A stretch of 63,886 nt of DNA, counting the filler. It is 7 parts of 7 records of this genome, joined end to end, with 100 filler letters (N's around TTAATTAATTAA, not from the genome) between each part and the next. Parts side by side here need not be neighbours in the genome. Positions count along the whole stretch, not along the records: positions 52,148 to 57,350 come from SRR31156797_20213; positions 57,451 to 63,886 come from SRR31156797_20216; 5 more parts are not named here. One strand, given 5' to 3'. The notes below the pieces were generated by a model. That model was not told the DNA's origin, did not search any database, and was given only the letters and a program-made list of their open reading frames with translations. Below, one piece after another: positions 54,962 through 63,886 of the stretch; the stretch's first letter is position 1, and every line of letters starts with the position of its first letter. A program made the position numbers and the translations under genes.

Positions 54962-57209
54962 TCTCATTTCTATCGAAGGAGCTAAAACAAACAATTTAAA
55001 AAATCTTTCTTTGAAACTTTCTAAGTATCAAGTAACTGTCGTAACAGGTGTTTCAGGCTCGGGAAAATCTTCTTTGGTATTTGATACCTTAGCAGCTGAA
55101 TCCCAACGATTACTAAACGAGACCTATTCGAGTTATATCCAACAGCTACTACCTCACTATTCTCAACCAATCGTTGATAAAATAGAAAATCTACCAGTGT
55201 CTATTGTGATTAATCAGAAGAAACTAGGAGGAAATGCACGTTCCACAGTTGGAACTGTAACAGATATATATTCAAGTTTAAGGCTGCTATTCTCGAGGGT
55301 TGCAACCCCTTTTATTGGATATTCTATGAATTATTCGTTTAATAATCCCAAGGGCATGTGTGAAGTTTGTAAGGGATTAGGTGAGGTCAAAGAGATTGAT
55401 GTCGATAAGTTAATCGATTTTGACAAATCTTTATCAGAGGGAGCTATTCAATTTCCTACTTTTCAACCGGGAGGATGGCGCCTGTCTAGGTATACAGAAT
55501 CTGGTAATTTCGATAACAATAAAAAAATTAAAGATTACCTAGCAGAAGAATTGGACCGTTTACTAAATGATCTCGGCAGCACTCCAAGTAATCCTACGAA
55601 TAAATGGCCAAAAACTGCACGTTATGAAGGGATCATTCCCAGAATTACCAAAAATTTTATCGAAAAAGAAAGCACGCAATATAGTGCACCATTAAATCAC
55701 ATTCTGCAAGTGAAAGAATGTCCCAATTGTCAAGGCACTAGAGTAAGTAAACTCGTTCGCTCTGCAAAGATAAATGGAAAATCGATCGCAGACTGTGTGA
55801 GGATGCCTATTCCTGAACTAAACAAATTTATTAAAGAGATTCATTCTTCTGCTGTTCAGGTGATTTTGAAAGATTTAAGTAAGAAACTACAGAGTTTGGA
55901 GGAGGTTGGCCTAGGCTATTTGTTTCTTAACCGTCCAACAGCAACATTATCTGGTGGAGAATCTCAAAGAATAAAAATGGTTAAACATCTTAACAGTGCA
56001 CTTAGTGATATTCTATACATTTTTGATGAGCCTAGTATTGGACTCCATCCAGAAGATATTCAAAAAATAGCAAAGATAATTAGGGGGTTAAAAGATAAAG
56101 GAAATACTGTTGTTCTTGTTGACCATGATCCGGATATTATACAAATTGCAGACCATATCATTGAGATCGGTCCAGGATCCGGGGATAGCGGTGGAAAAAT
56201 CACCTTTGAAGGAACCTATGATGAACTACTGAAGTCGAACACCATCACTGGAAGAGCGTTGGCAGATCAGTTGAACGTTAATACCCAAAGACAACAATTT
56301 TCTTCCTATTACGAATTAAATGAGGTTAGTTTGCACAATGTTGTAAACGCTTCTGTGGTGTTGCCAAAACAAGCATTAACGGTTGTAACCGGAGTCGCTG
56401 GTTCTGGGAAGAGCACACTCATTCGCTATCTTTTTAAAAAAAAATATCCTGAAGCAAGTATATTAGACCAGAGTCAGATAAATGGCAACATTCGCTCAAA
56501 TGTTCTCACGTATCTAAATGTCTTTGATAAAATTCGGAGCATCTACGCGCAATGTTCTGGTAAAAGTGCCTCTCTTTTCAGCTATAACGGTAAAGGAGCA
56601 TGTCCTCTGTGCAAAGGCAAAGGAGTGATAAAAATGGATTTGGCTTTTATGGGGGATGCAGAGCAAGTTTGTGAGAAATGCCGAGGAAAAAGATATAACG
56701 ATGAAGCCTTATCTATTTTATGGCATGGTTTCACTATTTACGATATTTTACAATTATCAGTTCGAAAAGCAGTAGATTTGTTTGATGATCGCTTATTGAT
56801 CAGAACGATGCAAATTCTCATGGATGTTCATCTAGAGTATATGAAGTTGGGGCAGTCGCTAGATACATTTTCTGGTGGAGAACTTCAGCGTTTAAAGATA
56901 GCAAAAATAATTGCTCAAGATACTTCTAACTGTCTAATATTAGATGAACCATCTACCGGCCTTCATGAGGCGGATATTGACAAGTTGTTATTATTGTTAA
57001 ATAAACTTTTGCAAAAAGGAAATACATTGATTGTTCTAGAGCACAATCTCAAAATAATTAGTCAGGCTCAATGGCTTATCGAAATGGGACCTGGCGGGGG
57101 GGACTTTGGAGGTAAAGTATTGTTTCAAGGGTACCCAATAGACTTATTAACGTTAGAAGATTCATACACAGCAAAACATCTGAAAAGATATACAAAAAAC
57201 AACAATTAA
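54951..57209 (+). CDS. UvrA-like (class II, DrrC/Ecm16-type) ABC ATPase
   Basis: GAKTNNLKN, two Walker A motifs (GVSGSGKS, GVAGSGKS), two SGGE, CxxC zinc motifs; only 752 aa, UvrB-binding insert apparently missing. Confidence 0.88.
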   Translation: MMNDLISIEGAKTNNLKNLSLKLSKYQVTVVTGVSGSGKSSLVFDTLAAESQRLLNETYSSYIQQLLPHYSQPIVDKIENLPVSIVINQKKLGGNARSTVGTVTDIYSSLRLLFSRVATPFIGYSMNYSFNNPKGMCEVCKGLGEVKEIDVDKLIDFDKSLSEGAIQFPTFQPGGWRLSRYTESGNFDNNKKIKDYLAEELDRLLNDLGSTPSNPTNKWPKTARYEGIIPRITKNFIEKESTQYSAPLNHILQVKECPNCQGTRVSKLVRSAKINGKSIADCVRMPIPELNKFIKEIHSSAVQVILKDLSKKLQSLEEVGLGYLFLNRPTATLSGGESQRIKMVKHLNSALSDILYIFDEPSIGLHPEDIQKIAKIIRGLKDKGNTVVLVDHDPDIIQIADHIIEIGPGSGDSGGKITFEGTYDELLKSNTITGRALADQLNVNTQRQQFSSYYELNEVSLHNVVNASVVLPKQALTVVTGVAGSGKSTLIRYLFKKKYPEASILDQSQINGNIRSNVLTYLNVFDKIRSIYAQCSGKSASLFSYNGKGACPLCKGKGVIKMDLAFMGDAEQVCEKCRGKRYNDEALSILWHGFTIYDILQLSVRKAVDLFDDRLLIRTMQILMDVHLEYMKLGQSLDTFSGGELQRLKIAKIIAQDTSNCLILDEPSTGLHEADIDKLLLLLNKLLQKGNTLIVLEHNLKIISQAQWLIEMGPGGGDFGGKVLFQGYPIDLLTLEDSYTAKHLKRYTKNNN

Positions 57210-57303
57210 AAAAGGTGTTTATAAGAATTTCAGTTCATGATTTTTTTAACAGCTATGTGATGGGCAGAAATTTAATAGCTTTTGATCTTCTTAATTTTTC
57301 GAC

Positions 57304-57345
57304 AAAGAGTGTTAAGAAAGTGACGAATTTCTGGACACTCTTTTT
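57304..57345. repeat. hairpin repeat/terminator, copy 2
   Basis: AAAGAGTGTTAAGAAA-N8-TTTCTGGACACTCTTTTT. Confidence 0.75.
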
Positions 57346-57350
57346 AGATA

Positions 57351-57450
57351 NNNNNNNNNNNNNNNNNNNNNNNNNNNNNNNNNNNNNNNNNNNNTTAATT
57401 AATTAANNNNNNNNNNNNNNNNNNNNNNNNNNNNNNNNNNNNNNNNNNNN
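57351..57450. other. artificial contig spacer
   Basis: N44-TTAATTAATTAA-N44. Confidence 0.98.
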
Positions 57451-57452
57451 CT

Positions 57453-59042
57453 GCTGCCGCCGAAGAAAGGCGTCGAGGGCCAATGAAAGAGCGTCAGGGA
57501 GGGTTGGAGAACCTGGTGAGTCAGGAACTGAAGCAGATTGTCTCCAAGGCGATGCAGAAGCTTCGGACCCGTCACAAAGCCGTATTGGTGATGCGTTGTT
57601 ACGATGGCATGACCTATGCCGAAATTGCCGATTCTATGGGTTGTACTGAATTCAGCACCCGGATGCTGTTTGTTCGGGCCAAGCGGGCGCTGCAGAAGGA
57701 ACTGTCCCGAAATGGGTTCAGTAAAGGTACCCTGCTGGCGGCCCTGGTCGTCTTCGGCAAGATGACGGCCCCGAGCGAGGCGGCCGCGGCCCAACTGACG
57801 GTTCCCATCGCAGCGACAAAGGCTGGAGTCCTGGCCTCTCTGGCAAGCCTGGCGACCACCAAGACCGCGGTGGTTTCAATGGCGGCCGTGGGCGTCGTGA
57901 CTGTCGGAACGATCACAACCACCTCGCAGCTGGGCCAGCAGGCGGAGAACCGCGCGATCAGGCCGAGTGGGAACACTCAGATCGTCAGCACGCTTGGAGC
58001 GCCGGCCGATGCGGCCGGCCGGTATCGGTACTATTTCCCGGAAGGGCCACAAGGACCGGTAATGCTCAGGGCCGAACTCGGAACGACCGCCAGCGAACCG
58101 GCACGACAGTTCCTGCAGAACAGTCTGGCCAACTATGCACATCAGGGTCGTTTCGTGGCGATCAACAACCACCGCATCTGGGCGGAAGATCTGAGTGTCA
58201 TGAGACTGCCCACCGACAGCCGCACGCTGACTAACTTCCTGACGCGAATTGAAGGCAAGGCCAGCAAGACCGAACCGGTTTCGTCCAGCAGCAGGGGTCT
58301 CCTCGTGACAGTCGAGCGGGCCGGACTGGACGATCCGGACGCCGGCAAGGCCCGTCCACTGACAGTCCGTCACCAGAACGTCCTGGGAGAGGATTACTTC
58401 CAAAGCGACTGGCCGACCGGTACCAAGATGGTGGACAACCGCGACGCCATGCATTTGCGGGGATGGACCTTCTTCCGCATCCGGGGCCAGATCGAAGGCC
58501 AGGACCTCAGCGGGGCAGGCAGGATTCCCTTCGTGTATGGAGCCAGCAAGGATCACCGTCCCTGGCTGAGACTGGAGCTGGCCGACGGTGTCACGCTGGT
58601 CGACGGCACGGCCGGTGCCATGGTCTTGGAGCCTGACGGAAGCACCGCGAAGCGGTATGCCCAAGGCAGCTTCTTCCAGGGCCTGGGACGACCGTGGATG
58701 GGATTGCACACAATGGACCTCGTTCGACGCGACGCCGCCGAACAACGGATTTCCTTCGAGACACAGGTATTGGACAGCGGTCGCGAGGTTCAGGTCACCG
58801 TCCTCGGCGACGCAATTACACTGGTCTATACGATCGACCTGGAAGCCGACCTTGTTGCGGCGATTGAGTTCCGCCGAGGCAGCAAGTCCGTAGGCCGGCT
58901 GGAATTCGAGTACCTCCAGGACGTCGACACGAACCTCGACGAGTTCAAGGCCCCGGCCGGGTTGGACCGTCGAGTCTCGCCGAGCGAAAGCCAGGGCATC
59001 TTGTGGCTGGCTCAACTGGCCAACGGAGCGTTCGCCAAGTAA
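57453..59042 (+). CDS. ECF sigma factor (region 4 visible) fused to a long C-terminal extension, 5' truncated
   Basis: AMQKL..RHKAVLVMR.YDGMTYAEIA..MG......RMLFVRAKRAL; Ala-rich linker, hydrophobic segment, ~350-aa tail; frame open from contig edge. Confidence 0.8.
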   Translation, partial: AAAEERRRGPMKERQGGLENLVSQELKQIVSKAMQKLRTRHKAVLVMRCYDGMTYAEIADSMGCTEFSTRMLFVRAKRALQKELSRNGFSKGTLLAALVVFGKMTAPSEAAAAQLTVPIAATKAGVLASLASLATTKTAVVSMAAVGVVTVGTITTTSQLGQQAENRAIRPSGNTQIVSTLGAPADAAGRYRYYFPEGPQGPVMLRAELGTTASEPARQFLQNSLANYAHQGRFVAINNHRIWAEDLSVMRLPTDSRTLTNFLTRIEGKASKTEPVSSSSRGLLVTVERAGLDDPDAGKARPLTVRHQNVLGEDYFQSDWPTGTKMVDNRDAMHLRGWTFFRIRGQIEGQDLSGAGRIPFVYGASKDHRPWLRLELADGVTLVDGTAGAMVLEPDGSTAKRYAQGSFFQGLGRPWMGLHTMDLVRRDAAEQRISFETQVLDSGREVQVTVLGDAITLVYTIDLEADLVAAIEFRRGSKSVGRLEFEYLQDVDTNLDEFKAPAGLDRRVSPSESQGILWLAQLANGAFAK

Positions 59043-59169
59043 CCAACGCTCCGAACGCCATCGACATGGATGTTACAGAGGCGTGTCGGTTGCAGGACTG
59101 AACGAAAGATAGGTTGCAGGAATTGACATCTGGAGAAAACAGCGTTCCTGGGAAAGACGGGGGTTTGTC

Positions 59170-59853
59170 ATGGCAAGGAAACAGTTGATAGGCATGGGAT
59201 TGACGACGCTGAGTGCAGCGACGTCTGAGGGTACGCCAGTGCCCGCCTATCAGCAGCAGTTCCCCGGAATGTTGCCAAGTGCATCGCTTCCTGTGGTAGC
59301 TTCGCCGAGGGCTTGGCTCACAAGCGCCCCACCCTGCGACAGTGTTGTCAGCAGTTGGTTGACTGGGGCGACTGAAGACACTTCGCGCGGCCCCGCGCCC
59401 CTGTACAAGGCGGTCGGGCCGCGCGCTTTTTACATACGTGCCCAGGCAACGGAGGACGCTTGGCACGATCGTGTATCCCAGTCGCCGGGGGTATCGCTGG
59501 AATCCCTGCGATGCCGCACGGGCAAGGACGCGGCCGGCGACAATGCCAGGAGCAAGTGGGGGGACGTCTTCACCACCGAAGACGTGGTTACAAACCGGCT
59601 GAGGGGCTCCGGGGAGGTAGTCCCTTGTCCGTCGACCACGACTGGCACAAACCGGACACGCGATATCTTGAGAGACTCCGGGGCAGCGCAGCAAGCTGCC
59701 CCCGGAGCCTTTCTGGCCACGGGGGGAAGAGATACGGAGATCCCAGCAAGCATTGAATGGGGCAACAGGACTCGTGGTGACTGGTTGTTGGGCGGCAGGT
59801 TTTTCGGTGGGCTCCGCGCCCATCCCAAGAACCCTATTCCGCCTTGGAATTGA
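59170..59853 (+). CDS. hypothetical protein
   Basis: 227-aa ORF filling the gap between two plus-strand genes; no recognisable motif. Confidence 0.35.
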   Translation: MARKQLIGMGLTTLSAATSEGTPVPAYQQQFPGMLPSASLPVVASPRAWLTSAPPCDSVVSSWLTGATEDTSRGPAPLYKAVGPRAFYIRAQATEDAWHDRVSQSPGVSLESLRCRTGKDAAGDNARSKWGDVFTTEDVVTNRLRGSGEVVPCPSTTTGTNRTRDILRDSGAAQQAAPGAFLATGGRDTEIPASIEWGNRTRGDWLLGGRFFGGLRAHPKNPIPPWN

Positions 59854-59861
59854 TACATCCC

Positions 59862-62396
59862 ATGGACAGAATGAGGTGGGTACAATTTGGAGTTTTGTGG
59901 TTGCTCATCGGGGCTCTGGCGACCGGTACGGCCCACGCCGACTGGACGTACGAGTACACCGATGGCTTCGAGACCACGAAGGCCCAGACCGACAGCTATG
60001 CTCACTCGACGTTCTGGACCAGCGGCACGTCTCCGCTGCCCCAGCCTTACCTTTACTACCTGGATAGCAACAACAGCCAAGCCATCGGCTTCCTCGATTA
60101 TCGAGACCAACCGGCCGAATTGGGGTATCGCTTCCCCCTGGGAACAGCCCAAGGCCAGAGGACGGTCAAGGGAACGCTCCAGGTCGATGTCTCATTTCCG
60201 ACCAACGAAACGATCTCGCAGTTCTTCCCGGGCAGTCTGTACTACAAAACCTCCAACGACGGGACCGCCTGGTCGGCGTCAATGTCACTCGGTGCCGGAC
60301 GCCAGACGGTGCCTATTTCCTCCACCGGAGGAACGTGCTACATCGTCTTTTCCGGGATACGCGCCGTGATCGACAACCTGCGCGTTTCCCTCTCGTCGCC
60401 CACGGCGACGATCCGCGTCCCCGGCAACTTCCCCACAATCCAGGCCGCGCTTGATTTCGCCGGGCACGGGGACGTGATCGAGGTCGCCTCCGGGACGTAT
60501 CGGGGCCCCGGTAATACGGACCTTGAGTTCCGCGGCAAATCTCTCACACTGCGCAGTGCCAATGGCCCCGAGAGCACGATCATCGATTGCGAGGCGGTCG
60601 CCTCCGGCACCAGCCACCGCGCCTTCTATTTTCACGAAGGAGAGGTCAGCCGTACTCTCGTCTGTGGCTTCACGATCAAGGGCGGCCGGATCTTCAGTTC
60701 AACCATCCCATCGAGCACGTCGGGCTGGGCGTCCAGTGCGAGTCATCCCATTGGCGGCGGCATCTACTGCGAGTTCAGCAGCCCCACCATCGCCGACTGC
60801 ATCATCACGGATTGCGGCGCCGAGATCGGGGGCGCCATCGGGGGTGTCGGGACCGATGCCGTGATCAGCAACTGCGTGATCACTGAATGCGTGGCCGGTG
60901 GATACGGCACAGCTGCCACCGGCGGTCGAGGGGGAGCCATCGGTCTGATCGGACAATCCAACGCCATGATCACCAATTGCGACATCACCGACAACACCGC
61001 GTACAACAGCAGCTTCGGCGCCGGCATCTATTGCTGGCAGAGCGCGGCCGTGATTTCCGGTTGCCGCATCACGAACAATAGTGCTCCCGGGAACGTCAAC
61101 GGAGGCGGCGCCTATTGCGGCGGCGCCGGAACCGACGCCCTCTTCCAGAACTGCATCTTCTCGAAAAACATCGCCACCGCCGGAGCGGGTATCTTCGCCG
61201 AATGGGGTGCCTCATCGTCACGGCCTTTGGTCAACGTCGTCAACTGCACCATCGCTCAGAACCAAGGCGGTGGCATCAAAGCAGACAACGTGGACATCCG
61301 CGTCAATAGCACGATCGTCTGGAGCAATAGTGGCGCCGCCCTGGCGCTCAGTGGCGCGGTGGCCAAGGACCCTGTCCTCTACTCGAACATCCAGGGGGGC
61401 TACTCCGGGACAGGCAACATCAGCACCGACCCGCTGTTCGCATCGCTGCCGAGCGAAGACTACCATCTGCAATCGAGCCACGGCCGTTACGACGCGCAGA
61501 ATAGCCGCTGGGTCACGGACGGGCGAACCAGCCCCTGCGTCGATGCCGGCGATCCTTCCGACCCGGCCACCGAAGAACCCACCCCAAACGGCGGACGCAT
61601 CAACATCGGCGCCTATGGCGGCACACGCGAGGCCAGCAAAGGAACCGAGTACCTGACCTATCATGTCAGCGCCAGCAACGGAAGCGACTGGAGCAATGGT
61701 CTTAGCCAAGGGACGGCCTTCAAGACCATCCAGAAAGGCATCGATGCGGCCCACAGCGGGGACACGGTCCTGGTCTGGCCCGGGACGTACCGAGAGGACG
61801 TTGCCTTCCACAGCAAGGCCATCACCGTTCAGAGCGCCGCCGACGCGGCGGTGATCATGGCCGCGAACGCTTATGCTTTCTCGTTTCTGGGCGCCGAGAG
61901 TTCCAAGAGCCTCGTGAGCAACTTCGTTATTCAAGGCTGCTCCGAAGGTGCCATCGTCTGCGGCCAAGGGGCCTCCCCAACGCTGAGGAACCTGACCATC
62001 GTCGACAACACATTCGGCATCACCGCCTACGACGGCGCCGACCCCTATATCGTCAACTGCATCTTCTGGGGCAACAGCGACGGAGATCTGTTCGACTGCA
62101 GGGCCCACTATAGTTGCGTCCAGCATGACCCGCCCGACGCCGGCGCCGGCAACATCAGCGAGGATCCGCTGTTTGCCGATCCGGACAACAGTGACTTCCA
62201 TCTGAAGTCACTTTATGGCCGTTACGTTCCCGACCTGGATACGTGGACTCAGGATCTCGTCCACAGTCCCTGCATCGACGAGGGCGATCCGGACGAATAC
62301 CCGCGCGCCGAACAGACGCGCAACGGCAACCAAGTGAACATGGGCGCTTACGGCGGCACGCCCTACGCGAGCCTGAGTGGATGGCCTCCACTGTGA
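59862..62396 (+). CDS. secreted right-handed parallel beta-helix protein with two modules
   Basis: Signal peptide ending AHA; TIQAA/TIQKG..GD.V.V..GTY starts, GGGIYC repeats, duplicated DPLFA..D.HL.S..GRY..SPC.D.GDP..N.GAYGGT..AS cap. Confidence 0.88.
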   Translation: MDRMRWVQFGVLWLLIGALATGTAHADWTYEYTDGFETTKAQTDSYAHSTFWTSGTSPLPQPYLYYLDSNNSQAIGFLDYRDQPAELGYRFPLGTAQGQRTVKGTLQVDVSFPTNETISQFFPGSLYYKTSNDGTAWSASMSLGAGRQTVPISSTGGTCYIVFSGIRAVIDNLRVSLSSPTATIRVPGNFPTIQAALDFAGHGDVIEVASGTYRGPGNTDLEFRGKSLTLRSANGPESTIIDCEAVASGTSHRAFYFHEGEVSRTLVCGFTIKGGRIFSSTIPSSTSGWASSASHPIGGGIYCEFSSPTIADCIITDCGAEIGGAIGGVGTDAVISNCVITECVAGGYGTAATGGRGGAIGLIGQSNAMITNCDITDNTAYNSSFGAGIYCWQSAAVISGCRITNNSAPGNVNGGGAYCGGAGTDALFQNCIFSKNIATAGAGIFAEWGASSSRPLVNVVNCTIAQNQGGGIKADNVDIRVNSTIVWSNSGAALALSGAVAKDPVLYSNIQGGYSGTGNISTDPLFASLPSEDYHLQSSHGRYDAQNSRWVTDGRTSPCVDAGDPSDPATEEPTPNGGRINIGAYGGTREASKGTEYLTYHVSASNGSDWSNGLSQGTAFKTIQKGIDAAHSGDTVLVWPGTYREDVAFHSKAITVQSAADAAVIMAANAYAFSFLGAESSKSLVSNFVIQGCSEGAIVCGQGASPTLRNLTIVDNTFGITAYDGADPYIVNCIFWGNSDGDLFDCRAHYSCVQHDPPDAGAGNISEDPLFADPDNSDFHLKSLYGRYVPDLDTWTQDLVHSPCIDEGDPDEYPRAEQTRNGNQVNMGAYGGTPYASLSGWPPL

Positions 62397-62891
62397 CAGA
62401 GGAGCAAGGAAGTGAACGTTTGGCCACCGAAAACTGTTAGTCGATTACCTGGAAGCAACCGGGGTTGGGCGTCCCAGCCGATGCGTCTTTCCGGCGTGGC
62501 GAATCGCCCAGTCCCGATCTGGACCACACCGGTGTTGGCCGGTCTCGAAAAGGCCAATCCTGGCTTCGGAAAAATGCGGGGTGATTGTACATGGTCGAGG
62601 AGTAGCTCCCGCATGAATCATGCGAGCTTGAGTGTGGTGATGGGAATTCGAAGACCGGCGTCAACACCGGCGGGGGTCAGCGGAGAGCAGGGCACGACTC
62701 TCAGAGCCGCAGGCCGAGCCATGCACCTGCTCTCCATTGTTGAAACAAAATCCCGCTCCAGGGGTCACCGGGAACCGGGAAAAAGCAAAACGCCCCATAA
62801 TATAGGCCCTCTTGTAATACAACCACTATATATAGGGGACAAAAAATTTACGCACGATTGCTAAGATTAGTGCGTAGAATGGTTATTGTGC

Positions 62892-62920
62892 TTGTCAGTG
62901 TTGACAGTACGCCGTATAAT
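62892..62920 (+). promoter_or_regulatory. sigma70 promoter of the prepilin-type gene, with TGTCA-N4-TGACA palindrome over -35
   Basis: TTGTCA (62892)-17-TATAAT (62915). Confidence 0.7.
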
Positions 62921-62973
62921 AGGACGTTGCATAAGTAGACCACAGAATTACCCATATTTCGGAGGGTAGTAAG

Positions 62974-63876
62974 ATCGGCAAGAGATGCCTCCCCATCTCT
63001 GCCCGAGCCGCTAGGATAAGAGCATTTTCACTCGTTGAAGTGCTGGTGGTTATCTCTATCGTCTCGGCGCTATTGGCCATTACCGTTCCGGCCCTGGGCC
63101 TCGCCAGAAGGCAGGCACGCGCGCTGATCGGAATGCGCAATCAGCGTGAACTTGCCACCGCTCTGAATCTCTTCGCCGCAGACAACCGAGATCGCTATCC
63201 GGATTCGGTGGCAACGCTCGGTTTCGACAACAGCTTCACCTGGCAGGACCCGACCAAGATGATCGGCCTGCGCAAACGTACTCCGCAAGTTCACCGCGCG
63301 ATGAGCGCCTACCTGGGCAGCTATATCCCGGATGCCAAGACCGTGTTCTGTCCCAGTGCCCCCCAGGAATACAAGTACCTTCAGGAAGCCTGGGAGGCGG
63401 GCGATGACTGGGACAACCCCGACACGTCTCCCCGGTCCGATCCACTCACCGGGACATACTGCTTCTACTGGAACTACACGGGTTACCTGGCCGAGACCAA
63501 CAGCGTCTTCCGCGGCCCCGCGGGCCCAGCCAGCATGGGACGCTACAGTCAACTGCTCGTGACCGATTACTTCGGTTACGACCACTGGCGCAGCCCCAAG
63601 GCCTTCGGCAGTTGTGAGAAGTTCCCCGGAGCGGACATCGTTCCCGAAACGCAACTGCTCTCGTCGTACTGGTCCGTCGCCGGCGATCCGAATGTGGCTG
63701 TACCCGAGGTCAAACTCCGGGCCGCCTACACGGACGGCCATGTAGCGACCTATTCTTCCTCTGGTGCCGCGGAAGTGACACCGATGAAAGTATCGTTCGA
63801 GCCGGAAGGCATGCCTCCTTATCAGGACAGTACCGGCGGCGGGATCTTCTTCATACCGAGGGACGCCGTACAATAG
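62974..63876 (+). CDS. planctomycete prepilin-type N-terminal cleavage/methylation protein; start inferred at non-canonical ATC
   Basis: RA^FSLVEVLVVISIVSALLAITVPALGLARRQA, N.R.L..AL..FA.DN...YP, FCPS, YTDGHV; cleavage motif begins upstream of GTG 63040. Confidence 0.8.
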   Translation: MGKRCLPISARAARIRAFSLVEVLVVISIVSALLAITVPALGLARRQARALIGMRNQRELATALNLFAADNRDRYPDSVATLGFDNSFTWQDPTKMIGLRKRTPQVHRAMSAYLGSYIPDAKTVFCPSAPQEYKYLQEAWEAGDDWDNPDTSPRSDPLTGTYCFYWNYTGYLAETNSVFRGPAGPASMGRYSQLLVTDYFGYDHWRSPKAFGSCEKFPGADIVPETQLLSSYWSVAGDPNVAVPEVKLRAAYTDGHVATYSSSGAAEVTPMKVSFEPEGMPPYQDSTGGGIFFIPRDAVQ

Positions 63877-63886
63877 GACCGCCCCC

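Noticed and set aside
62412-62864. 150-aa ORF after the beta-helix gene
   Set aside because: No motif and atypical composition; cannot be supported from sequence alone.

Overview
This window is not one locus. It is seven unrelated contig fragments joined by artificial 100-bp spacers (N44-TTAATTAATTAA-N44) at 5628, 23042, 39718, 44886, 52048 and 57351. Taxon labels are inferred from gene content and composition. (1) 1-5627, GC-rich, probably a spirochaete: tRNA 5' end, NIF3-like gene, rsmE, yhbY, dCMP deaminase and a two-component pair. (2) 5728-23041, AT-rich Bacteroidota: decayed IS1182, small membrane genes and a Wzx/Wzy capsule/EPS locus with a FemAB-like transferase. (3) 23142-39717, probably Desulfobacterota: an iron island with feoAB-methyltransferase, two histidine kinases and a complete-looking ferrosome (fez) gene cluster (FezB P1B-6 ATPase, second FezH-like ATPase, HMA2 protein, three GxxxG membrane proteins, triple-FeoA protein). 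(4) 39818-44885, anaerobic bacterium: rex, pyk, GNATs, DsrE-like gene, 2-oxoacid oxidoreductase gamma domain. (5) 44986-52047, Methanosarcinales spc ribosomal operon through secY-adk-DUF106. (6) 52148-57350, Enterococcus-like: LPXTG fragment, AI-2E transporter, marR-uvrA class II. (7) 57451-63886, planctomycete (Sedimentisphaerales-like): extended ECF sigma, beta-helix protein, prepilin-type gene. The most interesting system is the ferrosome island in segment 3. The organelle family is known, but this copy has features worth testing: Q/P/G-rich extensions on its membrane proteins, TGE replaced by TGR in the second ATPase, a 10-bp repeat array over the first start region, flanking kinases and DtxR-like boxes. 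Outside it, the planctomycete prepilin gene appears to need a non-AUG (ATC) start.
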